Origin: Eledone cirrhosa
Taxonomy: Eukaryota
Reading direction: 5' to 3'
DNA length: 64,000 nt
Assembly (NCBI GenBank): GCA_964016885.1
Contig: OZ024742.1
Coordinates: forward strand, 78,492,001 to 78,556,000
How positions within the stretch are numbered: position 1 is the stretch's first letter; each line of letters starts with the position of its first letter. A program made the position numbers and the translations under genes. This document shows positions 42,634-56,773 of the stretch, piece by piece. The notes below the pieces were generated by a model. The model made no database searches, was not told where the DNA came from, and saw only the letters and a program-made list of their open reading frames with translations.

Positions 42634-43557
42634 GTGTGTCTATATATATATATATATATAAATATATGTACGTATATGTTCACATATATATATTTATATA
42701 TATATATATATAAATATACATATATACATATAGACATTTATATATATATATAGACATTTACATATATATATATATATATTTATATACATATAGACATTTA
42801 TTTATATATATATATATACATACACATGTATATATATATGTAAAGCATTAGCATCGTTTTCATACTTGAATTTTCCATGCTTGTATTGAGTAGGATGTAA
42901 CTTTTTGAGGCAGATTTCTATGGCCAGTCACACTTCCTGATGCCAACACATACTTTATCTTTTAAAGTATGGTAAATAACAAAAATGTTCATCAAAGAGT
43001 AACACTGCAGGAATTAAACAATATCACAGCTTTTATAAACAGTGTTGATACACACTCACATACATATGTAGATATATATACATATAAAGTATATATATAT
43101 ACATATAAAATATATATATTAATATATATATATACATGCATACATCTATATATAGAGAGAGACAAGCATATACACATATATACATACATATATATATATA
43201 TACACACATATATACATACAAGTACACACAAATATACATATATATTTTTAATACCTGGTATTAGTAAGAAAATGCTACAGGTTTCATAACTCTTATTGCA
43301 AAATCACACAGTCTCAATTACCAGATCTGATGCATGTGCCTTGTTTTCAGTTTTGGATGGTACAATGCGCGTGAAAGTTCTGATATTGGAGAAAATGGGT
43401 TTTTGCCTATAATCGCTAAGAAATTAACAGTTTTGTGTATTACTAAGACCATGCATAAAAATATATAATTTATAATTTGTGGGTCCACTCTTTCATAAAA
43501 AATCACATTCAAGTAACTGTAGACAAATGCCCAACATACACGCACACACACACACAA

Positions 43558-43625
<68 letters not shown>

Positions 43626-44125
43626 ACATATGTATGTATGTATATATGTCATCATCATCACCGTTTTACGTCCGTTCTTCCATGCTAGCATGTATGTATG
43701 TGTGTGTATGTGTGTGTGTATATATATACACACACACACACGGGTATCCACCTGTTTATGGTAAAGTTAATAACATTGTTAGAACTCCATGCAGTCTTGA
43801 AGAGATGATTCCAACGAGATCGTGTGTTGAGAGCTATAGTTTGTGTAGTAAGCTTTCAAAACATAAGGTTCCATCGAAGATTCTAATCAAGCTACAGAGT
43901 CATATATTTATTTATATACATGTGTGTGTGTTTTGAACAAGGAAAATAAAACAAAAGGCGAAGGTAGGTTCTTAATTAGCTCATTGTTTTCCAATCGTTT
44001 CAGAGGGTTAATTGATCATGATAAATCGATATATTGACTAATAGAGAGTGGTTATGCCACCATCTATTATTAGTCTCAATATCCTAGATCCATCCATCTC
44101 ACTGCCTTCTTCAAACACAATATAC

Positions 44126-44159
<34 letters not shown>

Positions 44160-44174
44160 ATATATATGTATATG

Positions 44175-44205
<31 letters not shown>

Positions 44206-44277
44206 GTATATGTATATATGTATATATACATATCTGTATGTATACGTATATATATATATGTATACAAATATATATGT

Positions 44278-44325
<48 letters not shown>

Positions 44326-44932
44326 AAACATACATATATATAAACATGTATTCACCCACCTCTCCCAAACAACATGACATTGTAGATACAAAAAGAAAAA
44401 CAAAATGAAAAGACATAAATAGTGATGATAAGAAGAATTAATTTTTCAGATTACAAAATATATATTGATGAATTAATCTCTGTTTTAAGTGTAACTGACT
44501 TATCAATTTTATTATTATTGTTAATATAATTTTCAACATTATTATTAGTATAGTTATTACTTTTAAATGTTTATTCAATTTGTTGTTGTTTGTGGAGGAA
44601 ATTTTCAGGTAGTTTATTTTTTTTACTGTCGTTTATTGTATAATTTTCTTTAAAAAATGCAGTTTTCAAAAAAGCCTGCATAAAGTAACATTTTTAAATT
44701 AGTTTATCCATTAGAGTGTTTTTATTTATATATATTTTTTAATGATTTTGTCTTTTTCGATTTTCAATTTTACTTCCTTGGAAGTTTTTGAGGTTCATTG
44801 AGTTTTTATTTATTTTATTTTTTGTGTTTTTGTTTTGTATTTTGGTTTGTTTCTTTTTTTTATCACATATCAACAATTTGTTATACGTGTGTAAGTGCGC
44901 AGCTGTGAGCATGCATGTTTGTAAATATAATC

Positions 44933-45008
<76 letters not shown>

Positions 45009-45546
45009 TTACACACACATAAATATCTATATAAAATCAGTATTTACAAAATAATAGTAATAATAATAAAATTAAAATAATAATAAAAATAACAATTGAA
45101 AACCATAAATTTGCAAGGTTCTCTATCTCACAAATATTTCTTTTTTTTTTTGGTTACTTACAAAAGTTTTGCACTCTTTTATTCACTTTTACTTTTTAGT
45201 GCAAAATCTAAACAGCGCGACAAAATTAAACAGAGGAACAGAAATAGTGTTACATCAATTTACAAGATATTGCAAAAAAAAAAAAAAATAATAAAAAAAT
45301 AACAACAAAATGTTTAATCGTAGTTTAACGGGGCAGAGAATGCTTACATGCACATGCATACACATATATATGCATAACGATACACCTATACACACATACA
45401 TATACACACACACACACATACATGCACATATATATATAGAGAGAGAGACATACACACAAGACAGCCAACCAATGCAAACTTAGAAAAGTGTATGTAAAAT
45501 AATGATAATGAAGATGATGACATAAATATAACTACACGCACACACA

Positions 45547-45597
<51 letters not shown>

Positions 45598-45626
45598 ATT
45601 TATGCATATATACATGTATATATATA

Positions 45627-46376
45627 TATAGAGAATTGACAAGAATCAAAGCTATGTTCAAAGCATTTATTCACTTACAATTGTTTCATCCAAACCTAGG
45701 CTTGGAGTCTTCGGAGCATTTTTCAATGTTTATAGACATGATTGACCTCCTTTCCAACGCAAGAGACATACAGATACATATGTATATATTGATGTACAGT
45801 GAAGTGACATATTATATTATATTATTTCCGTATATCAATTCAAATTCAAAGTCAAAATCAATATCAAAATTAAAACAAAATTAAAATACATTCGGCAGTT
45901 AACATAGATAATGCAAGAGGATAGTTTGTTAGTCTGATGTAGTAGTTATTGTATGCGTTAGTTACGTGTGTCTCATTTATATATGATTATTGTGTGGCAG
46001 GGAGTTACATGTAACTCTCTGCCACACAATAATCATATATAAATGAGACACACGTAACTAACGCATACAATAACTACTACATCAGACTAACAAACTATCC
46101 TCTTGCATTATCTATGTTAACTGCCGAATGTATTTTAATTTTGTTTTAGACTTTGAATTTGAATTGATATACGGAAATAATATAATATAATATGTCACTT
46201 CACTGTACACCAATATATACATATGTATCTGTATGTCTCTTGCGTTGGAAAGGAGGTCAATCATGTGTACAAACATTGAAAAATGCTCCGAAGGCTCCAA
46301 GCCTAGGTTTGGATGAAACAATTGTAAGTGAATAAATGCTTTGAACATAGCTTTGATTCTTGTGAATTCTATATAA
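45627..46376. repeat. About 750-bp loopless palindrome
   Basis: Arms of about 370 bp, highly similar, centred on gagttacatgtaactc (46009/46010). Confidence 0.95.
45672..45718 (-). ncRNA. Hammerhead-like motif with variant core (CCGAAGA); inverted partner at 46284-46330
   Basis: tgct CCGAAGA c-tccaagcc-ta-ggtttgga-t GAAA caattg TA agtg; homologous to 1334-1380. Confidence 0.62.
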
Positions 46377-46595
46377 CTGCTCTGTAGAACAACTGATGTT
46401 ATTACATTGAGCTATTTATCTTACTGGTAATAAGGTAGTAATAAATTACTGACCTTCACTGTTTAGGGTTTAAAATATATATAACTATAAAAGTTTTAGT
46501 ATATACATAACCATAAATAGTATCCTTAATATTATATATATATACACACACATACATATATACATATATATATATATAAATATATACATATATAT

Positions 46596-46632
<37 letters not shown>

Positions 46633-47223
46633 TATACATATATATATATACACAGATATATATGTATACACACACACACATATATATATCACTAACACAA
46701 TGAAAATATTCTCTATGTAAAGCATTTTTGCAAAGGGCTCTATGAAAATTAATATTTTCAGGTTTAGATTCATAATATAATCATCATCATCATCATCATC
46801 ATTATATAGATGTCATAGATGAGTAGATGCTTAGAAATAAATTCGGTGTTATACATTTTTAAAATAAGTAGATGCATATATATCAATTATAACCACTGGC
46901 GAATTTATAATGAAGCTGGAAAGAATTTGTATAAGTTTACTTGCCAGATAAATTATATCAAATATGCACATCTATTTCTTTTAATACATTAACATGTCTT
47001 TATTTTCAAGTGCCAACTCAGATTATCTGCAAATGTGTATGTGTGTGTGTATATATATATATATATTTAGCATTAGGTGACAGCTTTTCTCTCAAATATA
47101 TTTTCAATACAGCATGTTTGACACATGAGGTGAGCTTGACTTATGCAATACTACATGTATAAATACATAGACCCACTCAGGCATGTATATATATATGTAT
47201 GCACTCTCTCTCTTTCTCACACG

Positions 47224-47265
<42 letters not shown>

Positions 47266-50200
47266 CATAGAGTTTAGAAAAACTAAAACTAAAATGTATC
47301 AGCAATGAAAAAAAAAATCAACACAAGGACAAACCCCACCCTGAACTCTCCAAAATAATATAATAATAAAGAAAACAAAACACAAATGACTAGGGAAAGG
47401 CAGTAGGTAAAGGTAGGATCTCATAACTAAAATGCAGTTGTCTACATGGCAAAAACTGTGGATGTTAGTTAACTAGTAAGTCAGTTAATTAATTAAATCA
47501 TTAATCATTTAGTTATTTGTTGAAATATACATTGCTTGCTTCCTTAGTTTGTTTTTATCGCTTTTTCTGTAACATGCAACAAATGACAGAATGGATACAA
47601 AAAAAAAACCTCAAAGAAATTATACATAATTGGCATCACGTGTGTTAAAATGGCATAAAGCCAGGAAGGAGGAAAGAATTTTTATCTTGTTTTATGTTTT
47701 GAATGCGTTTCTTTATTAATAACTTCTAGTTGTTTGTTTTATTTTGAACTTTTTTTAACAATTAAGGAAAAAGAATAGAATGTTAAAACTAAATGAAAAG
47801 TATATGAAATACAAAATAAAAATCCTCTCAAAATAAAAGCTGCATTAAGTGTGTCCGAGTGTTTGTGTGTGCGTGTATGCTTTTGTGCATGTGTTTGCAT
47901 GTCTGTGTGTGTGTCTTTGTGAGTATGGAAGTGTGTGAGTTTGTGTGTGTGTGTCTTTGTGTGAGTTTCTGTGTGGGAGTTTTTTTTGTGTGTCAGTATA
48001 TGTATGTGTGCATCCATATCCATCATATGTCACATCAAGGAGGTGCTGACAACTATTTGAGCTTGCTTCAAAATGTGCTTAGGACGGAGGAAGATATTAC
48101 CGAAATATGAAGAGAGTTAATATATCATTTATAACATATTTTCATGGTGAAGATCAGAATGATAATATTTGTTAAACATTGGCATAAGGCCTTAGATTTT
48201 AAAATATAAGAGAAAGTGGAATAACGATGTGTCACACCTATATTTTAGCAAATTTATTCATGACAAATAAACTGCTGTTGATTGAAACCAAACCGTGGAG
48301 TGTGATTATTTAGAACTTTGACTTTCCAAACTTCTACTTTTAGCTCTTGCCATAGTAGAGAAGACATGTCTCAGATCAGAAGCTGAAACAATTTTATGAA
48401 TCTTAAAAGATTAGGAGCTTACCTATGTACCTTATAGCCAATATTCATCTAACAAACCAGAAAGGATATATTAGTCATAGCTCTCCACTATGCCCCAAAT
48501 ATAACTACTAAGTAGATTAATTTTGATTGGACCAAAACTTGTTTTTTATTACTTATAGTAGAATGTTATCTAAGAAAGCACATATACTATATTACTGGTA
48601 CTTATTGACTACATATGAAGGAAATAAAGTAATCAACCACAGGAATCTGAACTCAGAAAATCAAACAAAAATATTATAAAGCCATTATAGAAATGTTGCC
48701 AAGTTGAATAAATTATTTTGTCTAAAGGAAGAGAAATGATCTAATACTTTAGATAATGCTGACTATCATTGGTTCTCTTGAATTCTACTGATTCACTTTG
48801 ACACAAGGCCATTAGTTTAGCTTTGTACAAGTAATAATTATTAATAATTCCTTGTGTCTTTATATATTAATATTTACACAATTTCCACCAACATTTATCA
48901 GTCAGCTGCCTAAACAAAGGATAAGAGAGCTTTTACTTCTAGACACAGAGAAAGAGGCAACCTCTGAGGTATTCACAAAATGTTTCTTCTGTGTAAATAA
49001 AAATCACAGAGCTTACTAATCCTGACCAGTGATGTAAATATAATTGTTGCGTAATATTGATGAACCAGAATATTGGAAACCTTAACAAGTTTTTGAGGAT
49101 AGGATATGGAGGAAAATACATGATATAGTTGCCTTAAAATTAACATAGACTCTAAGGCCCAGACTGTGATGCAAAGAACCTGGCCTGCATCAGTGCATTC
49201 ATATGATCTGGGCCTCTTTACAATACAGGTTTTGGATGGTCAACTTAATAAGCTTCAGGATAAGAGTCTACATACAGATTTGATTCACTGGGCCAGGTCA
49301 CTAAATTTGTTAGATCAAAATTTTAATTTAAAAATTACAGGCATAAGAATTTTAAAAATTAGGAAAATTTATTAAGAAAAATAATAAACACTTCTTTCTA
49401 AAGTACACACATATATTTATAGGACAAGGTGGATGATGGCATGTAATGTTCACACCTTTCTCATGTGTATTAATAATGAAATAAAGAACTGGCCTCAGAA
49501 AAGAACAATTTCTCTTGATTTGAACTCAGCAGTTGACTAGTATAAATTATATTATTCCAGGAGAAAAACTTTAAAGACAATCCAATTGGGATTTAAACTA
49601 AGAATACAGAAGGACGGGTCTAAATACTGTAGAGCCCGCATTTTACAATTACAACTATCTCAATAATTTAAGGATGATAACAAAGATAAATGATAATAAT
49701 AACAATTTCTTAAATAAGCCTGAAACATAATCTGTTAAAAAATAAATAGTATATCAACTGGTATTTGTCGATGTAGAAATAAAGAATTCTAGCGTTACAA
49801 CAAAAACTCAAATATATATATGATAGTGATGGAGTGAGATGATATGAAGGAAGATATGAGAAAATATAAGCAAGAAGAAGAGAGGAAATATAGAAAATAA
49901 GATTATATGAGATATATAAGAGATATGAAATGTGAGTCAAAGAGAAATAAGGATAGAAGGTATGATAGATGTGAAAGGGGAAAAAATAAAAAAAAAGGTA
50001 GAGAAGATAACAGCAGATGGGAAGAGAAGATAACACAAGATGAGATGACAAACAAGACACTTCAACAGCAACAAACACTGTCAAAGTTATTCACAATACA
50101 GTGCAATGAAATGCCTAAAAAGTGAACTTCAAAACCCACTACAACATTTGAAAGAAACAAAGTGAAACAGAAAAGAAAGTTACAAAAATGATGGGGTGAG

Positions 50201-50378
50201 TAGAAAGAGAAAAAAAAACAAACAAACATAGAACAAATGCTATTGTATGGTATGTTTGTGTGATGAGTATAATAGAAATAAGCAAAATTAATATAACTCA
50301 TGATATGGAAACTGATGGAAATGAGTGTTGAAAACAAATTAATAGTGGGAAAATTTAGAAATATTAAGAAATATTGTA

Positions 50379-50613
50379 TTAACCCTTTAATCCTTTAATG
50401 TTCAAACCGGTCAAAACCGGCCAGAATTCTCTACCTCTTTCGTTTGAAACTGGCTGCACTGGTCGCTCAAACTGATGTTAAGGTATTGTTCTCAAAATAA
50501 ATACTTTCAAAATCTCATAGATTCGATATTATGTGAGATAATTATGCAAGGTAAAGTCTTTACCATGAAAATATAATAGTATATATAAAGTAATGTGATT
50601 GCTAAAGGGTTAA
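50379..50613 (+). mobile_element. TTAA MITE, copy 3
   Basis: High similarity to copy 1; small tandem duplication cctttaat at the 5' end. Confidence 0.85.
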
Positions 50614-50754
50614 TGCTTGTACTCATGTAGGCATACAAATCATATATCATGTATTGTAAGTATATATGTATAAATATATACATTTGTGTGTGTGTGTGTG
50701 TGGATATATATATATTTGGGGATGGTCATGTTGAAGAAACACATGCATCATGTG

Positions 50755-50801
<47 letters not shown>

Positions 50802-53779
50802 GCATACACACAAAAATATATTGATAGATATATATATATCCTTGACATGTGTATACAGTATATCCATATGTGTCATAAGAAATGACTAAAAATATTGATC
50901 CCTCAGAAAGTGCTGTCCAACCCATGCCAGCACTGAAAAGTTGACATAAAAGCTGATAAAAAATGACTAACTGAACACACATGCTTTTTGTACAAATTGT
51001 TTTTTCCTTTTTTCCCCTTCTCACTCTTCTTTTTCTTTCTATTTCCTTTTTTTATTTTTCATTTTATTCTCTGATGAAGGACTAACTTCCAAAACATTAA
51101 ATCTCACTTCCTACTGTATGAAACATTAAACAAATATATATCTTCATTGTACTGTATCATTTTCTGGTGTTGTTTATCTGTTTACTTTTCCCATATGTAA
51201 ATATATATCATCATCATTGTTTAACATCCATTTTTCCACGCTAGCATGGGTTAGATGACTTTTCCCATTGTGAGACAATTCAGGACAGTATGATAGCTCA
51301 TACCATACGATGTCTGGCTTGTTTTCTATGACTTGATGCCCTCCTAATGCCAACTACATTTACAATATATGTGTGTTTGTGTATGTATATACATACACAC
51401 ATAATCATGCATATATATAAATATATATATTACTATATGTATGCATATATACATATATATATATATCAACATCATCCTTTTCCTTCTTCACACTAATACA
51501 AGTAGGACGTCTTTCACTACATCTTACCCCAATTTCTTGGTTATTCATGATTTGACACATACAATTAATGAGAAAAATGTGTACAAACAGGTTTGTTTTC
51601 CATTTTTCTATTTGACTGGCTTACCTTACCTCACCTAACTACTTACAGTATGCAGTTTCTGGATTTTGTCATAGCATCAACTCTGGAAAAATGTCGCCAA
51701 CCACACCACACATATAGCTGTTTTGTATTGATGAACACAAGTATAGATATTGAATGCCATAGTAGAGATTAATAGCTTATTAAGTGTGATCCAATGTTTT
51801 TTCGAAGTTCTATAGATCATCTGTAGAGCCTGTAGCGCCCTGGGAATACCTCTGAGTAAAAGGTTATAGGAATGAACCTTAATATATTATATGTCTTTGT
51901 GTGCGTGTATGTACTTGAGGGAGAGCGTCTCATTGTGCTTGTATATATAAGTCCATATATGCTGTAGATATATTATTTGATTAGACTATACTTCTACAGG
52001 CCTCACATTACCTAGCTCAGCAGACTAAAGTCAACCTTGGTGATAAGATATATGTTCGAGAGTAATTTAATTTATGAAGAATTTTATGTGTAATGATATT
52101 CATGAGTGGAATATATGTATGTATGTATGTAATTATGTATGTATGTATGTATGTATGTGTGTATGTATGTGTGTGTGTGTGTGTGTGCTTGCATGTATGT
52201 GTGTGTGAGTGTACATATATTGGAAAACTTAAAAATGCAAAAAATGTTATTTCTGATCATTAGCGTTGTTCACGTTTCACTTTAGTGAGATCCAATATAA
52301 TTGATTTAAATCCTTCCTTTTAAAAATATTTTAACTAGCTGCAATCATTAATATTTCATAAGTATGGTGTGATATTTAAAAAAAAGACCCATCCAGTAAA
52401 ATATAGAAGGAAAGAAATTAATTCAAATAAATTGAAATTTAAAAAAACTGAAAATAATGGACCAATCCAGAAATTGTGTGGGGAAGTTTATTCAAAGAAC
52501 TGCCACTGACCAAACATTTTTTATGCAGGAGTTGTAGCAAAAGCATATGGTGATGTTAACATAATTAAGTATGAAGCATTGGAAAAATAACTAGAAAATC
52601 ATTTAGATGGGGAAGAAGACGGGGAAAAACGATATTAGTCAATGAATAACATTATTTTTTTCATTTTTCTGGCAGGCATAGGAGACAACTCTGGACATGT
52701 TTTAGTCATATTCTGACTTACTCATTAGAGAAGCATATAATTTAATGTGGTTGCTAATGTGGAGATAAAATGAAAGATACACATTTGTACACATTTTATT
52801 GGAGTGTGAAAACTGAATGGTTTAGAAATGAAACCTTTTGATACCAAACCACCTGAAACTCTCCCTAGTTTTACAATACAAAAAAAAAAAAATCCACTCC
52901 TTTTAAAGTGTTTATATTTATCTAAACACCCTCTATCATAATTGTATGTAAGAATATTTGGTATATTAATGTTGCAAACTCCAGAAAGATAAGAAAATGT
53001 TATTTTACTGAAGCCTTTTGTAATTCTTGATAATTTCAAAATTATTTGAAATAGTAAAGAAGTTATTTTATAGTTAAAAACTACCAAATGGTTGGGCAAA
53101 TCTGCCTGTTTCATTGTCAATACACAATATTCAACAGAGTTTACTCTTACCTGAATTCAGTTCACCTAACTATATATAAGGGGACTGAGACAACCTCACT
53201 TCCATGTGGTGATCACTGGGGAAAGCATTTGTTATAATGATTTTTTAATGAGGGAGGTTCTGTGCATGAAAATATATATTGATGAACGATAATGATATAC
53301 ATATATACACATATCCATCAGAGATATTTGTCATAATTGTTCATTACAAATTTGCCAGCCATCAGGCATGATGTGGCATAAACACAAGCAGAATTGTAGC
53401 TAAGTACCATGGGTAGATGCAGCTATTTTCTCAAGCTAACAAGGTAGGCTTTGCATAATTGCATACATTGATAAAATTAGCAGCCAAATATCTCTGAAAT
53501 CATGTATATTTAATCATAAGTCCGGAAGGTCATGGCTAGCCTGGAGCTAAATAACAAATATTTGTTCCGTTTTTATTAGCTTGCCATGTTGAGGAACTTG
53601 GTGGCCTAAAGTAGGGGTTGAAGAAAGCCAACACAAGAAAGATATTTTATTAGCCATCACCAATTTTATTTTAGTTATCATTACAGATTACATGTTATAA
53701 AAGTCTGAATGTGACAATGTATGATTCATATCACAGTCTGCATTGAATAACATCTGATATGTATGGATACAGATAATAT

Positions 53780-53965
53780 GCAGCAACACATTAGACAAGG
53801 GATAACAAATTGCATGTAACAATATGGCATACATATGATAACAGGTTGCATGTAACAACATGCAATACATATGATAACAAACTGTATGCAACAATTTCAT
53901 ATATATGATAATAGACTGCACATAAACATATCATACATATGACAACAGATTGCATTTAATAATGA
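53780..53965. repeat. Degenerate 36-bp tandem repeat, about 5 copies
   Basis: Unit approximately tgataacaggttgcatgtaacaacatgcaatacata. Confidence 0.75.
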
Positions 53966-54645
53966 GTTAAGCAGTTTGTATTTTATTTTTTACATACTAG
54001 TGGTCCTTCATCAAGCTTATTATGCACATAGAATCACAACCATACAGCAAGCCTATCCCAACAAGAGGGCTTTCGTAATTATGTAATATATTATAATAAA
54101 TGCCAAAGAAAATTATACCATGACAATTCAGGCAGGGAAGGGGAAAGCTAAAATAACAGTAAATCCAACGGGTACTTAATCAAAAATGAAATTCAAGAAA
54201 ACTGAAAAACGAGATTTGTAATACTGACTTGTTTAATTCAATTGAGATTTTTGTTTTATGTTGGTTATGGTGGTAAAATCCATTTAATATCAACACATTT
54301 ATGACTGCCTGGACTAAAGTGTTCTCATAGAAATTAAAAGGCTGGTCAAAATCTCAGAACATTACAGATATCATAAGATTTCAGTTGGCTGACACTAATA
54401 TAATATTTACCAAACTATAAAGTTACAGACATTATGAAAGACATTCCAGGCGTGACCATCATGACTTATTTGTTACAATACTTCTTTTCTTTTTTAAACA
54501 GTAGGGTATGATTAATGAGATATTTGACTGGTATTTCTGGTGGATCAAGTTAACAAAAAAGGCTTTCCACGCTGGCTTATATTGTTTTTTTTTTTCTTTG
54601 GGAGTGGAGTGCTTAGAGTGTATGTGTGTGTGTGTATATATACAC

Positions 54646-54678
<33 letters not shown>

Positions 54679-54787
54679 TATACATATGTATACATGTATA
54701 TAAATAAACATATATCTATACATATGTATATATATATATATATAAACATACATACAAATATATACACATACATATATACACATACAA

Positions 54788-54827
<40 letters not shown>

Positions 54828-55584
54828 AAATACATAAACGGAGAAAGCTATCATATATATACTTTTATAATTTAACATCTAATTATGTCTATGCTTGTAT
54901 GGATATGGTAATTTGTAGTTGGAGCAAGAGTAATTCTCATGACAACTGGATACCATTTCTTCAACTAAACATTCAAAGAGTCATAAATCTACTAGATGGT
55001 ACTAGATTTATGTTAGACAGGAAAACTGAAGAAGACAGAGTTCTGGGTGATTTGATTAGAGAAAGCAGTGTGAAAATGAGCACAGTAAGTAGATCATAAT
55101 TTGGAGTTACTGACATAGCTGTTTATAATGGACCAACACCTTCGCACCTCGCAATCAACTCTCTCTTAATGATAATAATATCTTGTAACTTAGGCACAAG
55201 GCCACAAACTGCTTTTCTCTGCATATTTCTATTTTCTGGTAGGTATACGAGTTGGTTGAGTCTATAACAGTGACCCCCCCCCCCCCCCCCCGCACAGACA
55301 CACACTATACATCACATGCAATTCTTTTATTTGCACCCTACTTCAGAACTATTATTTCTGAGAAGCTAATAAAAAAAACCAGGGTGGTGGATTGGAAGAA
55401 TCTGCTGAGCATTCGAGAAAATGCTTGTGTTATATAGTTACATCCCTTTTCATTCTGTCTAGGTGATCTTTGCATTTCATCCTTATGTACCAGTAACCCA
55501 CTAGGGTCAATTTAATTTAATTTTCCCTTTCCCAAAACTGTTGGTCTTTTATTTAAATCAAAAGCACTTATTATTATTATTATT

Positions 55585-55793
55585 GTGGATTGGCAGTATC
55601 GGTAGAGGGTCGGACGACATGCTTTGACGCATAGAGTTACGGCCCTTGCCATTCTGAGTTCAAATCCTGCCGAGGTTAACTTTGCCTTTCATCCTTACGG
55701 GGTTGATAAAATAAAAATAAAGTACCAGTAATACACTGTTTAATTGCTGGCCTTGTGCCAAAAGTAGAAAGAATTATTATTATTATTATTATT
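55585..55793 (+). mobile_element. SINE family C
   Basis: Same head, centre and (TTA)n tail; a few substitutions. Confidence 0.85.
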
Positions 55794-56317
55794 GCCAATT
55801 TTAAAAAATGTAGGCTATTTGGATAGATTTTGCAATGGCACTGGACGTTCTTCCCAAAGTTTCTTATTTTAACTGAATTAGGCGCCAGAGAGACAGAATG
55901 GAGAGAGAGAAAGTGGGGGAGAGACTAATAACAGAGTTTCCTTATTCATCATTCTTACCTGCCAGAATATGATGTCATAGTGAATGAGAGGTTATGACAA
56001 TAAGTCTCAAATAAACAGATTAGTATAAATGGAGATAATTTCAATCTGACTCACCTACATTTACTTACACACATGCACACATGAAAAACAGACAGTCATA
56101 TATAAACAATACACACACAGATATATGGACATATATATGTATATACACACACACACATATATATATATATATGTGTGTGTAAGTATATGTATATATATAT
56201 ACATACATATAAGCATACATACATATATAAATATATATAAATATGTATATATATATATATATATATACATATACATACATATAAATATACACACACATAT
56301 ATATATATATGTATATA

Positions 56318-56383
<66 letters not shown>

Positions 56384-56753
56384 CAAATGTATTCAATGAC
56401 TAATTTATTTGTGTTGATTTTTTGTAGCTGTAAAATTTGTTTTGTATTTTTTTCAATTTTAGCCAGTTTTGCACATGTTACAATGTATTGGTGAATGTTG
56501 TTCCAGAAAAACATAACAAGAACAATAGAAAAAAAAACATAACTAAAAACAATAAAAGCAACAACTAACAAATACAATAGCAGAGCAGCAGCGGGCATGT
56601 AGCAGCAGCAGCAGCGAGCAAGTAGCAGCAGCAGCAGTACTGCAATGGGGGGGAGGGCAGCAGTGGGGGAGAGAGCACAGGCGTTCTTGGAGTCCATAAA
56701 AAAAAAAAGAAAAAAAAAAAGAACAATGAAAATATGGAATATGAGTAAAAGGT

Positions 56754-56761
56754 ACTTACAC
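56754..56761 (-). promoter_or_regulatory. Candidate splice donor 14 nt after the ZC3H10 stop codon
   Basis: Minus strand reads TAGcccacttctctagt|GTAAGT, a full intronic donor hexamer. Confidence 0.45.
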
Positions 56762-56773
56762 TAGAGAAGTGGG

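Noticed and set aside
51071-51105. ctgatgaaggactaacttccaaaacatta
   Set aside because: G12 is missing and stem I is unsupported; probably a dead copy, so not counted.
53146-53175. Possible 15-nt minus-strand microexon (ttag|gtgaactgaattcag|gtaag)
   Set aside because: Poor polypyrimidine tract; such motifs arise by chance and no transcript evidence is available.
53688-53921. ORF with 12-aa LLHxxCYHM repeats
   Set aside because: A by-product of the 36-bp tandem repeat; no splice or homology support.
56065-56697. 210-aa hydrophobic ORF just after ZC3H10
   Set aside because: It is made of CTG, T-rich and TA low-complexity sequence with no recognisable domain.
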